Of a DNA stretch of 35,224 nt, positions 7,790-17,445 are shown one piece after another. A model generated the notes under the pieces. It was not told the DNA's origin. It ran no database searches and was given only the letters and a program-made list of their open reading frames with translations. Every line of letters starts with the position of its first letter. Positions within the stretch are counted from its first letter, which is position 1. The position numbers were made by a program, and so were the translations under genes. This DNA comes from an uncultured Clostridia bacterium (lineage in GTDB: Bacteria; Aerophobota; Aerophobia; Aerophobales; B3-G15): the NCBI GenBank assembly GCA_964422215.1, contig CAYRAK010000002.1, forward strand, positions 1-35,224, in the 5' to 3' direction.

Positions 7790-10107
7790 AATAGTTTAAA
7801 TTTTATTCCCAAGATAAATTTATTATTGGGAAACTTTAAATCCTCGGAAAGAAAATAATCATTATTACTCTCTGCCTCAAAGAATGCTTCCCAATTTTTT
7901 CTCTTATAAGCAATTTTTAATTTTGTTCTTGTAGAGGAGGGTAAAAGACTTTGTTTTTCAAATGTTGAATATCTTTTACCCAACCACTCCTGACCTACCC
8001 TCAAATACCAGGTATCTGTCTCTAATTTTAAAGCAAGCTCTCCAAAATTCTCAGGTTCATAAGGAACAACTTTACTTTTTTCCTGTTCATTCTCCGTATT
8101 CACCCAAGCATGAGATAACTCTACAGATACCACAGGTAAAACATGCCAGCTACTCTTTATTCTCCACACCTGTCTAGAGAGGCGAATAATCTGGGGAGAA
8201 ACACTTGGCATTAATCCATCAGAATAAAGCCATACAACATCCTCCCCATTTTCAAAAAATCCACTCAAAGAGGCTTTCACCCAGGGATTATTTTCATAGT
8301 TTATATTAAGACCAAATCCTGTCATTTCTACTGGATCAAGCTCTGGATTGATTTGTGAATAATCCCGGGATAGATAAAGCTCAGATGTATCTGGTAGATA
8401 AAATTTTCTTTTACCCTCCACCACCAATCTCCAGTGCTTCTTCATATACCAGTCCAACTTAAGGGAACCAACTGCCTGGGTTCTTTCTTCTCCAACTCCC
8501 TTTATTCCAAGTTCTGCGTCTAAAGATAAATTTTTGCCTAAAGAGAAAGGATGAGCAGATTTTCCCCCAAGAAAAACCTGATAATCGCTTTTTCCTAAAG
8601 CTCCATCTCTACTTTCTATATCTTGCCATTCAACTTCTCCTTCTAAAACAAAGGGTATCTTCTTTGAGTGAAGAGCAAGAAAAACTCCATAATTTAAAAT
8701 ATCCCAATCTCCATCTCCTGTATTTTTTTCTCTACGAACAAAGTTTTTCCCTTTTATATTCCAATCCCATAGATTAAAAGCACCTAGCTGCCCGATATTA
8801 AGAGAAAGTCTAGTGTCAGACTCCTCTCCTGCATTAGGTAACTCAAGCTTTTTCTGGTTTCCTGAAAGATTTATATAACTTTCGTTTGTGCCAAGAGCAC
8901 CCCAATTGATATTTCCTTGCAAAATATCCTCTTCTTTACCTAAAAATCCAGATTGATGAATTACCCATTGGGAAGAATATTCTCTTTCAAGATTTAAAAG
9001 ATACCTTGCTTTTTCTTTTTCTCTTCCATAATCTAGCTTATATTCAAAGCTACGATCTTCACTTAAACCAAATGAAAAATGAAGGTAAGGATACTCTGTT
9101 GTTTGAATTTTCTCAGGATGATATATCTTACTTATATGAGGCGCTTTGAAGGAGATCTCAGGGAATTTTTCTTTACCTTTTACCTCTCTTAAAATAAATT
9201 CCCTCTCAAAAGGAATTTTTCTCTCCTCAACCCCTACTGGAGTATACTCAATGTAAGTTCGTTCAGCGTAAAGTGGAAAAGCAAGCTGAAATTGAACAGG
9301 CACCTCTTTATGAGGAGATAAAGGAGCAAGCTGAGGGGGCTTAAGTGAAAGTTTGGGAAAGAAAAATTGAGCTTCCTTTTTTTCCGGAAGCTTTGCATAC
9401 AAAGGGGGTTCAATCATAAGCTTTTTTGTTTCTAAAAATCTTTGTATAAAAAAAACACCTTTTTCCTTTCCAATCGGAGTCTTTAATAAAAACTCTTCTT
9501 CACTTATATATATCTTGGCTAAAGTTGGAGAGGGCAAGGACTTGGTTTTTATTTCTCTTTCTGGTGGTCTTTTAACTACTTCTACTTTCTCCTCAGGATA
9601 TTTTATTGGAAAAATCTTAGGAAAAGCTAAAAGAGGAGAGACCTTCTCTTCTAAAAAAGCAACCTGCAAAGGAGGATGAATAAGTTCTTTTTTAACCACA
9701 AACTTTTTCCTCATCAGAGGTTGAACCAGTCTTTCCGAGAAAAGAGGCCTTATCTTTTCTGGAGGAAGATAGGAGAGAAGAGGAGAAGGAAAAATTCTTA
9801 AAGGTACCTCTTTTTTCTTTGCAATAACACCAGAAGGCCGAGGAAAAGAAATAGAAAGGGGTGGAAAGTGGACTACAAATTCTTTTTTTGTAGGAAGTTT
9901 TACTGTGTACTCTACCGAGGCTTTTTCTTTCTCTCCACGAGGCACCATATAATATGTTCTTTTCGCTCTCATCACTTCAAGATAGGATCTATCCTTTCCT
10001 CTTACTATAATGGTCGGAAGCTCCTTTAAATCCTCTTTTTCAGCAAAACTTGATAAAGATGATAAAAAAAGAAAAAACAACAAAAATATAAAAAGGTATT
10101 TTTTCAT
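7786..10107 (-). CDS. Large outer-membrane protein: signal peptide, Pro/Lys/Glu-rich N-terminal region, C-terminal beta-barrel ending in Phe
   Basis: The signal peptide is MKKYLFIFLLFFLFLSSLSSFA/EKED. Residues ~70-340 are Pro/Lys/Glu-rich. Residues ~340-773 have alternating amphipathic beta-strand character with Gly/Asn/Asp turns and end in ...LGIKFKLF (an OMP beta-signal-like terminal Phe). The ATG overlaps the TAA of the upstream TPR gene (TAATG at 10105-10109). AAGGAG lies 9 nt upstream. Confidence 0.6.
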   Translation of the reverse strand: MKKYLFIFLLFFLFLSSLSSFAEKEDLKELPTIIVRGKDRSYLEVMRAKRTYYMVPRGEKEKASVEYTVKLPTKKEFVVHFPPLSISFPRPSGVIAKKKEVPLRIFPSPLLSYLPPEKIRPLFSERLVQPLMRKKFVVKKELIHPPLQVAFLEEKVSPLLAFPKIFPIKYPEEKVEVVKRPPEREIKTKSLPSPTLAKIYISEEEFLLKTPIGKEKGVFFIQRFLETKKLMIEPPLYAKLPEKKEAQFFFPKLSLKPPQLAPLSPHKEVPVQFQLAFPLYAERTYIEYTPVGVEERKIPFEREFILREVKGKEKFPEISFKAPHISKIYHPEKIQTTEYPYLHFSFGLSEDRSFEYKLDYGREKEKARYLLNLEREYSSQWVIHQSGFLGKEEDILQGNINWGALGTNESYINLSGNQKKLELPNAGEESDTRLSLNIGQLGAFNLWDWNIKGKNFVRREKNTGDGDWDILNYGVFLALHSKKIPFVLEGEVEWQDIESRDGALGKSDYQVFLGGKSAHPFSLGKNLSLDAELGIKGVGEERTQAVGSLKLDWYMKKHWRLVVEGKRKFYLPDTSELYLSRDYSQINPELDPVEMTGFGLNINYENNPWVKASLSGFFENGEDVVWLYSDGLMPSVSPQIIRLSRQVWRIKSSWHVLPVVSVELSHAWVNTENEQEKSKVVPYEPENFGELALKLETDTWYLRVGQEWLGKRYSTFEKQSLLPSSTRTKLKIAYKRKNWEAFFEAESNNDYFLSEDLKFPNNKFILGIKFKLF

Positions 10108-12869
10108 TACTCTAACTCCTTTAGTTTCCGCTCAGCTTCAGCAATCCATTTTTTCTCAAATTCCTTGTTTGCAATTATTTTTCTGTAAGTTTCTTTTGCC
10201 TCTTTAATTTTACCTAATCCTTTGTAGCACTCTGCAACCTGCATTTGGGCTTTAAAAGCCCATTCTTTAAACTGCGGATATAAAATACTAACTCTAAGAT
10301 ACTCTACTATAGCTTTGTCATACTTTTTTTCATTAAATAAACAGTCTCCTATTCGATGTTGTGCCACAACCGAAAGTTCACTTTCTTCGCTTCTTTCTAC
10401 TATCCAGGTGTAGTGCTCTTGAGCCTCAGGATATTTTTCTTGCTGGAACAACGCATTAGCAAGCTTAAAGTGGGCCTGCACAACAAGTTCACTTTCAGGA
10501 TAATTTTTGATAAATTCTTTAAAAACTCTCTCTGCCCTAGTCCATTTTCTGAGATTTTCCCAGCAAAGTCCCAGACTGTAAAGAGCATTTAGTTTTATAT
10601 CTTTTTCTTTCGAAATCTTAAGAGCACTCGTGTAAGAAGAGGATGCTTCATCATATTTTCCTTGCTTGAAAAGAGCATTGCCCAGTCGGTAATGAACTTC
10701 TCCTATAAGGTCACTTTTAGGAAAAAGTTTTGTAAATTGCTGATAATATTCAGCTGAATGAGAAAAATCTTCCAGAGTATAGTAAGAGTAACCAATCCAG
10801 TAATAAGTGAGAGGAAGATAGGAGCTTTTTGGAAATTTATCAATTATTTTTTTAAGTTCTGGTATAGCCTCTTTAAATTTCTTATTTCTTATATAATAGC
10901 TTGCTATCTTAAACTGAGCAGAATCTGCATCGTCAAAAGTTGGGTAATTTTCAACTACTTTGCGGAAAAATTCTAAGGACTTTTTTTCCTCTCCGAGGTG
11001 TTGATAGGATTCCCCTATCCTAAAAAGTGCAGGAGGGACAAAATCACTTTCAGGATAAGCCTCAACCACCTTTTGTAAGCTTGAGATAGCCTCCTCATAC
11101 TTTGATTCATTATACCAGCAGTTACCAATTAGATACTGTGCACCTGCTACCAGATCATTTCGATACGGAAATTTATCTATAACTTTTTCAAAAGCATCTT
11201 TTGCTTGAGAGAATCTTTTTTGATGGAAATATGTCCATCCAATGGCATACTGAGCATCTGGAACGTTTGAATGATCGGGAAAATTTTTAACAAAGCGCTG
11301 ATAATAATCTCTTGCCTTATCGTACCTTTCAAGTTTAAAGTAAGAGGCACCAATCTGGTAAATAGCAAAAGGAACAAGACTTGAAGTAGGATAATCTTTT
11401 TCAAGTTTTTTGTAGACTTCAACTGCTTCATCAAATTCTTTCAGGTTGTAAAGACAGTTTCCTGTCTGAAGAAGTGCATCATCAGCAAGCTCTGATTCTG
11501 GATAATTAAGAACAACTTTCTCAAAAGCTTCTTTAGCAGGAGCATACCTATTTTGACCAAGATAACACCAACCTATCTCATACTGAGCATGTATAGCCTG
11601 CTTGGATTTCGGATCAAGAGAGATTACCTTTTCAAAATAATTTTGTGCTTTAGAGTATTGAGAAAGATTAAGGAAACATTCTCCTAGTTGAAAAGTTGCA
11701 TCAAGTGCGTATTCAGAATCTGAAAATTCTTTTACTATTCTTTCAAAATAAGGGATAGCTTCTTTCCATTTTTCCCTGTTTAGATAAGAATACCCAATCC
11801 CATATAAAGCATCGTCCATGAATTCGCTTTCCTGATGGTAGTCAACAACACTTCTGTAGGCTTCAATGGCAAGTTCGTAATTTTTCTGAAAGTAGTAGCT
11901 GTCACCTAATCTTACCCAAGCTTCTGCAACATTGACAGACTCAGGATATGCACTTATAAATTCCTGAAAACTCTTGGCAGCAAGAGAATAGTCTGCCTCC
12001 TCAAAATAGGTGTAAGCTATACCAAAAAGAGATTCTTCTTTCCATTTGCTTTGAGGGTTAGAGAGCTCTTTTTTATAAGCTTCTCTTGCCTCGGAGTACC
12101 GCCCTAACTGATAAAGAGCCTCTCCTTTCCAATAAAAAAGATGCGCCTTTTCAAAATCACCTGCCGCTTTCTCATAATTAGCTAATTCAAAATAAGAAAA
12201 GCCTCTTTCCTCATAAATATCCTTGATACGAGGCGAGTTAGGATAATCCTTTATAAAAGATGTAAACTCCTCTATAGCTTCGAGAAATTTCTTTTCAAGA
12301 TAAAGCACTTTTGAATAAATGTAACAAACATCCTGATAATATTCAAATTTTGGGTACCCTTTTTTTAATTTCTCAAAGACCTTCTCTGCTTCAGACAAAT
12401 TGTTTTTCTGATAATAGATATATCCAACAGAATACATGGCATAAGGAAGAAGGGAGCTTTTAGGGTATTCTTTTATAAATTTTTGGTAATTGGAAAATGC
12501 CTTATCTACCTCACCCAGCTGGTAATAACACTCTGCCACCTGATACAATGCCTCATCCACCCACTCACTTGCAGGATATTTCAAAAGGAGAGTTTCAAAA
12601 GCCTCTGCAGCGTTAGAATATTTACCAGCCTGCCAAAAGCTCATTCCAATTCCATATTGAGCTCTATCACAGTTTTCATTGTCTGGATACTTTTTAATAA
12701 ATTTTTGAAATTCTTGTGCAGCAAGCTCAAATTTTCCCTCCTCATAAAGACCCTGAGCAAAGAGAAAATCTTTCTCAGCTTGAGTTTGGCATATAGCAAG
12801 TTGGGCGAAAAAAACTACTACCAAAAGAAAAAAAGCTCCCAAAAGTAAAATTTTTTTAATTTTTCTCAT
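10107..12869 (-). CDS. Secreted multi-TPR protein built from a long run of tandem YbgF/CpoB-BamD-type TPR units
   Basis: The pattern ...A.Y.(I/L)G.(C/S)Y(Y/F)....Y..A...(F/Y)......(Y/F)P.S....(D/E)A.(Y/F)... repeats along the whole protein. The signal peptide is MRKIKKILLLGAFFLLVVVFFAQLAIC (a possible lipobox-like LAIC). The start is moved from the track's 13028 to the ATG at 12869, which has AGGAG upstream. A good promoter (12901-12928) lies inside the longer ORF, and the extra 53 aa look non-protein-like. Confidence 0.8.
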   Translation of the reverse strand: MRKIKKILLLGAFFLLVVVFFAQLAICQTQAEKDFLFAQGLYEEGKFELAAQEFQKFIKKYPDNENCDRAQYGIGMSFWQAGKYSNAAEAFETLLLKYPASEWVDEALYQVAECYYQLGEVDKAFSNYQKFIKEYPKSSLLPYAMYSVGYIYYQKNNLSEAEKVFEKLKKGYPKFEYYQDVCYIYSKVLYLEKKFLEAIEEFTSFIKDYPNSPRIKDIYEERGFSYFELANYEKAAGDFEKAHLFYWKGEALYQLGRYSEAREAYKKELSNPQSKWKEESLFGIAYTYFEEADYSLAAKSFQEFISAYPESVNVAEAWVRLGDSYYFQKNYELAIEAYRSVVDYHQESEFMDDALYGIGYSYLNREKWKEAIPYFERIVKEFSDSEYALDATFQLGECFLNLSQYSKAQNYFEKVISLDPKSKQAIHAQYEIGWCYLGQNRYAPAKEAFEKVVLNYPESELADDALLQTGNCLYNLKEFDEAVEVYKKLEKDYPTSSLVPFAIYQIGASYFKLERYDKARDYYQRFVKNFPDHSNVPDAQYAIGWTYFHQKRFSQAKDAFEKVIDKFPYRNDLVAGAQYLIGNCWYNESKYEEAISSLQKVVEAYPESDFVPPALFRIGESYQHLGEEKKSLEFFRKVVENYPTFDDADSAQFKIASYYIRNKKFKEAIPELKKIIDKFPKSSYLPLTYYWIGYSYYTLEDFSHSAEYYQQFTKLFPKSDLIGEVHYRLGNALFKQGKYDEASSSYTSALKISKEKDIKLNALYSLGLCWENLRKWTRAERVFKEFIKNYPESELVVQAHFKLANALFQQEKYPEAQEHYTWIVERSEESELSVVAQHRIGDCLFNEKKYDKAIVEYLRVSILYPQFKEWAFKAQMQVAECYKGLGKIKEAKETYRKIIANKEFEKKWIAEAERKLKELE

Positions 12870-12900
12870 TTCGATCTCCTTTTTACTTGGTGCAATTTTT

Positions 12901-12928
12901 ATTCTATACCAGTAAAATTCCTTGTCAA
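12901..12928 (-). promoter_or_regulatory. Candidate sigma70-type promoter of the TPR-OMP operon
   Basis: The minus strand reads TTGACA (12923-12928), a 16-nt spacer, then TAGAAT (12901-12906), about 30 nt upstream of the ATG at 12869. Confidence 0.45.
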
Positions 12929-13041
12929 ATAACATTGGTAAATGTGTCAGGAGATTGTTACCATCCCTGACTGCCCAAAAAGTAGAGACATCATCTAAGA
13001 TTATGGGAGAGAGTAAAGAAAAGCCCATTTACTCTATTTCA

Positions 13042-13070
13042 TTGACAGATACCAGTTTATTAGGTACTAT
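13042..13070 (+). promoter_or_regulatory. Candidate sigma70-type promoter of dnaE
   Basis: TTGACA (13042-13047), a 17-nt spacer, then TACTAT (13065-13070). AAGGTG lies 6 nt before the ATG at 13104. It is back-to-back with the TPR operon promoter. Confidence 0.5.
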
Positions 13071-13103
13071 TATTAAAAACCCAAATTCTTAAAAGGTGCA
13101 CAG

Positions 13104-16100
13104 ATGGCTGATTTTGTTCATTTACACACCCATAGCGACTACAGTCTCCTTGATGGAGCCTGCAGCATCTCCCAACTTATTGAAAGAGCCTCTGAATTAA
13201 ATATGCCAGCTCTTGCTTTAACTGATCACGGAAATCTTTTTGGAGCAGTTGAATTTTACCAGAAAGCCTCTCAAAAAGGAATAAAACCAATAATTGGATG
13301 TGAGTTATATGTTGCTCCTGAATCCCGTTTTAAAAAGAAAAAAGAAAAAAAGGAAGAAGTTGCCTATCATCTAACAGTCCTTTGCAAAAACAAGCAAGGA
13401 TATCAAAACCTAATAGAACTTGTAAGTAGAGGATTTGTTGAAGGCTTTTATTACCATCCCCGAGTTGACAAAGAACTTTTATCTAAGTTAAAAGAAGGAC
13501 TTATAGTTCTCTCAGGATGTTTGCAAGGAGAAATCCCTCAACTTTTAGAAAGAGGAAAAATAGAGGAAGCAAAGAAAGTTGCAAGATGGTTCCAGAACTT
13601 ATTTGGAGACGATTTTTATCTTGAAATTCAGTTTACGGGACTGGAAGAGCAAAAATCTGTTAATAGGAGACTAAAAGAACTAGGTAATGAGCTTTCTATA
13701 CCTCTTGTTGCTACCAATGATGTTCACTATCTCCGTCAAGGAGATGCAAAAGCTCAAGAAGTTCTTTTATGTATTCAAACCGGAAAAACTTTAGAAGACA
13801 GTAATAGGTTAAAATTTTCTACTTCTGAGTTTTATTTCCGCAGTGCTGAAGAAATGAAAAATGTTTTAAACTCTTATGAGGAAGCTATCTCTACATCTTT
13901 AGAAATTGCAAAAAAATGTAACTTTACTTTAGAACAGGGGAAAATACACCTTCCTATTTACAAACCCCCTAAAGGTTACACCTTGGAAGAATATCTAAGG
14001 CATCTCTGTGAAGAGGGACTAAAAGAGCGTTATCCTTCTCCTTCAAAAGAAGTTAGAGAAAGACTTGAATATGAACTTGATATTATCTGTAAAATGGGCT
14101 ATGCTGGTTATTTTCTTATAGTCTGGGATTTTATCCACTATGCAAAAGAAAGAGGAATACTTGTCGGTCCAGGAAGAGGTTCTGTCATAGGAAGCCTCGT
14201 TGCCTATCTTTTAGGTATTACAGAAATTGATCCCCTACGGTACGGACTTTTGTTTGAAAGATTTTTAAACCCAGAAAGAAAGGCTTTACCTGATATAGAC
14301 ATAGATATCCAAGACAATAGAAGAGGGGAGGTAATAGAGTATGTAAAAGAAAAATATGGTAAGGAGAATGTAGCCCAAATAATTACTTTTGGAACAATGG
14401 CAGCAAGAGCTGCTGTACGGGATGTGGGAAGAGTTCTTGGAATGCCTTATGCTGTAGTGGATAAAATTGCAAAACTTATTCCCCCTAATAAACAACTAAA
14501 AGATGCTATCAGGGAAAACAGTGAAATTCAAGAACTTATAGCAAAAGACGAAAAAATAAAAACGCTTTTTGAGATTGCTCAAAGAATAGAGGGTCTAACA
14601 CGACATGCTTCGATTCATGCGGCAGGAGTTGTAATTGCACCTAAAAAGCTTACTCACTTTACTCCTCTTTATAAAACAAACAAGGATGAGATTACAACCC
14701 AATACGAGATGCATTCCATCGAGGCAATAGGTCTTTTAAAAATGGACTTTCTAGGACTTAAGACTCTTAATGTAATTAAAGAAACTCTTGAACTCATCAA
14801 AAAATACAAGGGAAAAGAGATCGACTTAAAAAAAATCCCTCTAGATGATAAATCAACATATGAAATGCTCTCACGAGGAGAAACTCTTGGTGTTTTTCAA
14901 GTTGAAAGTAGAGGAATGCAGGATCTTTTAAGAAAGCTAAAGCCCGAAAAATTCGAAGATATCATTGCAACACTTGCTCTATATCGTCCAGGACCTTTGC
15001 AAAGCGGGATGGTTGACGATTTTATTAGAAGAAAAAATGGAAAAAGTAAAGTGACATACCTTCATCCTAAACTAAAACCTATTTTAGAGGAAACATACGG
15101 GGTAATACTCTATCAGGAACAAGTTATGAGAATTGCCAATGAACTTGCTGGATTCAGCATGGGAGAAGCTGATGTTTTAAGAAGAGCTATGGGCAAAAAA
15201 ATATCCACACTTATGGAACAACAGAGAGAAAAGTTTATTCGACAAGCTGTAGAAAGGGGAATTGAACAGAAGGTCGCAGAAAGAATATTTGAGCTTATGG
15301 CTTACTTTTCAGGATATGGGTTTAATAAATCTCATTCTGCAGGATATGCCATGATCTCTTATCAGACAGCTTTTTTAAAATCAAACTACCCTTTAGAATT
15401 TATGGCAGCCCTTTTAACCTCAGAAAAGGATAACACGGACAAGCTTATCTTTTACATAAATGAGTGTAATAGGATGGGAATAGAAATTCTCCCACCAGAT
15501 ATAAATCAATCTCAAGCCAATTTTACTGTAGTTGAAGGTGAAAATAAAATAAGATTTGGTTTAACTGCTATAAAAAACGTAGGAGAAAGTGCCATTTCAT
15601 CTATTCTTAAAGAAAGAGAAAGAGGGGGCAAATTTAAATCTATTTTTGATTTTTGCCAAAGAGTTGATTTAAGAGTTGTAAACAAAAGAGTAATAGAAAG
15701 TCTCATAAAATCTGGAGCTTTCGATTCTCTTCCTGGAAAACGTTCCCAAAAACTTGCGGTAATTGATGAGGCTATAGAAGAGGCAACAAAGCTTCAGAAA
15801 GAGAAAGTAAAAGGACAGCTTTCTTTATTTGGTGATTCTCATAAAAAGGAAAGTAAAATCGAGCTTCCTTCCATTAAAGAAATTCCAAGATCTACAAGAC
15901 TTAGTTGGGAAAAGGAGCTTTTAGGAGTATATCTTTTTGAACACCCTCTTGATGGATATCGAAAGAGGATAAGCTGCTCATCTACTCATTCAACAAGTGA
16001 GCTAAGTGAATTGCAAAATGGAACATCTGTGAGAATAGCAGGAGTAATAAACAACATCACACCAAAAAAGGATAAAAAAGGAAAACCTATGGCCTTTCTT

Positions 16101-16514
16101 ACTCTTGAAGATCCGGAATCAGAGGTAGAGGTAGTAATTTTTTCAAGAATTTATGAAAGGTGCGCAAGCTACCTTAAAGAAGGAGAACTTATAGTTGTGG
16201 AAGGAAAGGTAGATACAACTACAGAAACTCCGAAAATTGTGGCTCAAGATATTTCTCCTTTTTCTGCACTTGAGAGTAAAGCTCGCAGTTTTCATATAGA
16301 ACTTGGCCCAGAGAATTGGGAGAAAGAGAAGCTTAATAAAATAAAGAAGATATTAAATGAGAGAAAAGGAAAAAATTCAGTTTATATCCATTTTTTGGGA
16401 AACAATGGGGAAAATGTGGTGATAAAGTCAAAATCACTAAAGGTAGATTTTTCCGAGGAAATAATATCCTCTGTAGAAGAAATAATAGGCAAAGGGAGAT
16501 GCTGGTTAGATTAA
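13104..16514 (+). CDS. dnaE: DNA polymerase III alpha subunit
   Basis: It has the PHP domain HLHTHSDYSLLDG, the palm/fingers motifs (...PDIDIDI..., GLLKMDFLGLKTL, LYRPGP, FNKSHSAGYA) and a C-terminal OB-fold region. The length is 1136 aa. Confidence 0.97.
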   Translation: MADFVHLHTHSDYSLLDGACSISQLIERASELNMPALALTDHGNLFGAVEFYQKASQKGIKPIIGCELYVAPESRFKKKKEKKEEVAYHLTVLCKNKQGYQNLIELVSRGFVEGFYYHPRVDKELLSKLKEGLIVLSGCLQGEIPQLLERGKIEEAKKVARWFQNLFGDDFYLEIQFTGLEEQKSVNRRLKELGNELSIPLVATNDVHYLRQGDAKAQEVLLCIQTGKTLEDSNRLKFSTSEFYFRSAEEMKNVLNSYEEAISTSLEIAKKCNFTLEQGKIHLPIYKPPKGYTLEEYLRHLCEEGLKERYPSPSKEVRERLEYELDIICKMGYAGYFLIVWDFIHYAKERGILVGPGRGSVIGSLVAYLLGITEIDPLRYGLLFERFLNPERKALPDIDIDIQDNRRGEVIEYVKEKYGKENVAQIITFGTMAARAAVRDVGRVLGMPYAVVDKIAKLIPPNKQLKDAIRENSEIQELIAKDEKIKTLFEIAQRIEGLTRHASIHAAGVVIAPKKLTHFTPLYKTNKDEITTQYEMHSIEAIGLLKMDFLGLKTLNVIKETLELIKKYKGKEIDLKKIPLDDKSTYEMLSRGETLGVFQVESRGMQDLLRKLKPEKFEDIIATLALYRPGPLQSGMVDDFIRRKNGKSKVTYLHPKLKPILEETYGVILYQEQVMRIANELAGFSMGEADVLRRAMGKKISTLMEQQREKFIRQAVERGIEQKVAERIFELMAYFSGYGFNKSHSAGYAMISYQTAFLKSNYPLEFMAALLTSEKDNTDKLIFYINECNRMGIEILPPDINQSQANFTVVEGENKIRFGLTAIKNVGESAISSILKERERGGKFKSIFDFCQRVDLRVVNKRVIESLIKSGAFDSLPGKRSQKLAVIDEAIEEATKLQKEKVKGQLSLFGDSHKKESKIELPSIKEIPRSTRLSWEKELLGVYLFEHPLDGYRKRISCSSTHSTSELSELQNGTSVRIAGVINNITPKKDKKGKPMAFLTLEDPESEVEVVIFSRIYERCASYLKEGELIVVEGKVDTTTETPKIVAQDISPFSALESKARSFHIELGPENWEKEKLNKIKKILNERKGKNSVYIHFLGNNGENVVIKSKSLKVDFSEEIISSVEEIIGKGRCWLD

Positions 16515-16527
16515 AATAAAGTCTTTT

Positions 16528-17445
16528 TCATTTTTCGTACCAAGAGGCACGGAGTTCAAAAGCACCATCTTCTCTTGCAGCTTCATAGTAAAAGATAATT
16601 TTTTTATCCAATAATACATAATCCATGTAGCGAATGGTGAAAAATTTGCCTCTGGTGGGAGAGGAAAGTAGAGGTTTTTTTGTTGTTAAATCAAAAAAGT
16701 TTTGCATATCCTGAGTATAGGCAAATCCTATATTTAAATTAAAGTGAGGCTCATACCAGCTAGAGGAGGACCCTTCATAAAAAATGACAAATCCTTTATC
16801 CGTGGGAAAAATACAACTTATTCTTGTATGATGGTTATGCCAAAATTTTCTTTGTAAAATTCTTCCTTTATATTCCCAAATCTCCCCATCCTCTGATGTT
16901 GCAAGATAAAGCTCCTCCTGGGGTTCTTTTCCTGATCCTGAGTAGAACATCCACCATCTGTTAAGAAAGTTTATAATGTAAGGATCTTTTACCTTTCTTG
17001 AATCCTCTCTCTTATAGGAAGGTAAAAAAACAGGATATGCTGTTAAAGGATCAAACTCTTTCGGAGAGAGAACATCTTTTAGTTTATAGATAAACCATTT
17101 TCCCTCTTTCTCTAATGACACATAAAGCTTATATTTTTCAGTTACAGGATCCTGCAGAAGTGCTGCTCTTTCAAGAGATACACAGTTAAAATCTTCTTTT
17201 TTAAGCTCACATACCTTCTCAAAATTAATCCCATCAGAAGATGATACAATGTGTAAAGCGTGGCCTCTTCTCTCAGGATCTCTCATTCTATAAGCAAGCC
17301 AGATTTTACCCTTCTTGTCTTTAAGAGAAGAGCATCCACCCACCCAAAAACCTTCTCTTTCACCTTCAGGTTCAGCAATAACTTTAAAATCTCGAAGGTC
17401 AGGTAAGGGAAGAGAGGAAAAAACCTTAGAGATAGTTTCTACCAT
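16528..17445 (-). CDS. Hypothetical protein with a 5-bladed beta-propeller (GH43/GH32/GH130-superfamily-like) sequence pattern
   Basis: Blade-like motifs repeat: VSSSDGINFEK, ATSEDGEIWEYKG, VKDPYII..., WWMFYSG, FVIFYEGS and IIFYYEAA. The ORF overlaps the end of the upstream sulfatase-like gene. GGAGG (17452-17456, minus strand) directly abuts the first ATG (17451) and lies 6 nt from the second ATG (17445), so 17445 is preferred. The coding call is solid; the function call is weak. Confidence 0.5.
   Translation of the reverse strand: MVETISKVFSSLPLPDLRDFKVIAEPEGEREGFWVGGCSSLKDKKGKIWLAYRMRDPERRGHALHIVSSSDGINFEKVCELKKEDFNCVSLERAALLQDPVTEKYKLYVSLEKEGKWFIYKLKDVLSPKEFDPLTAYPVFLPSYKREDSRKVKDPYIINFLNRWWMFYSGSGKEPQEELYLATSEDGEIWEYKGRILQRKFWHNHHTRISCIFPTDKGFVIFYEGSSSSWYEPHFNLNIGFAYTQDMQNFFDLTTKKPLLSSPTRGKFFTIRYMDYVLLDKKIIFYYEAAREDGAFELRASWYEK

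Noticed and set aside
12870-13028. 53-codon N-terminal extension of the TPR protein (track start 13028)
   Set aside because: The extension contains a good TTGACA-N16-TAGAAT promoter (12901-12928). It precedes an ATG with AGGAG and a textbook signal peptide at 12869. The extra residues look non-protein-like.
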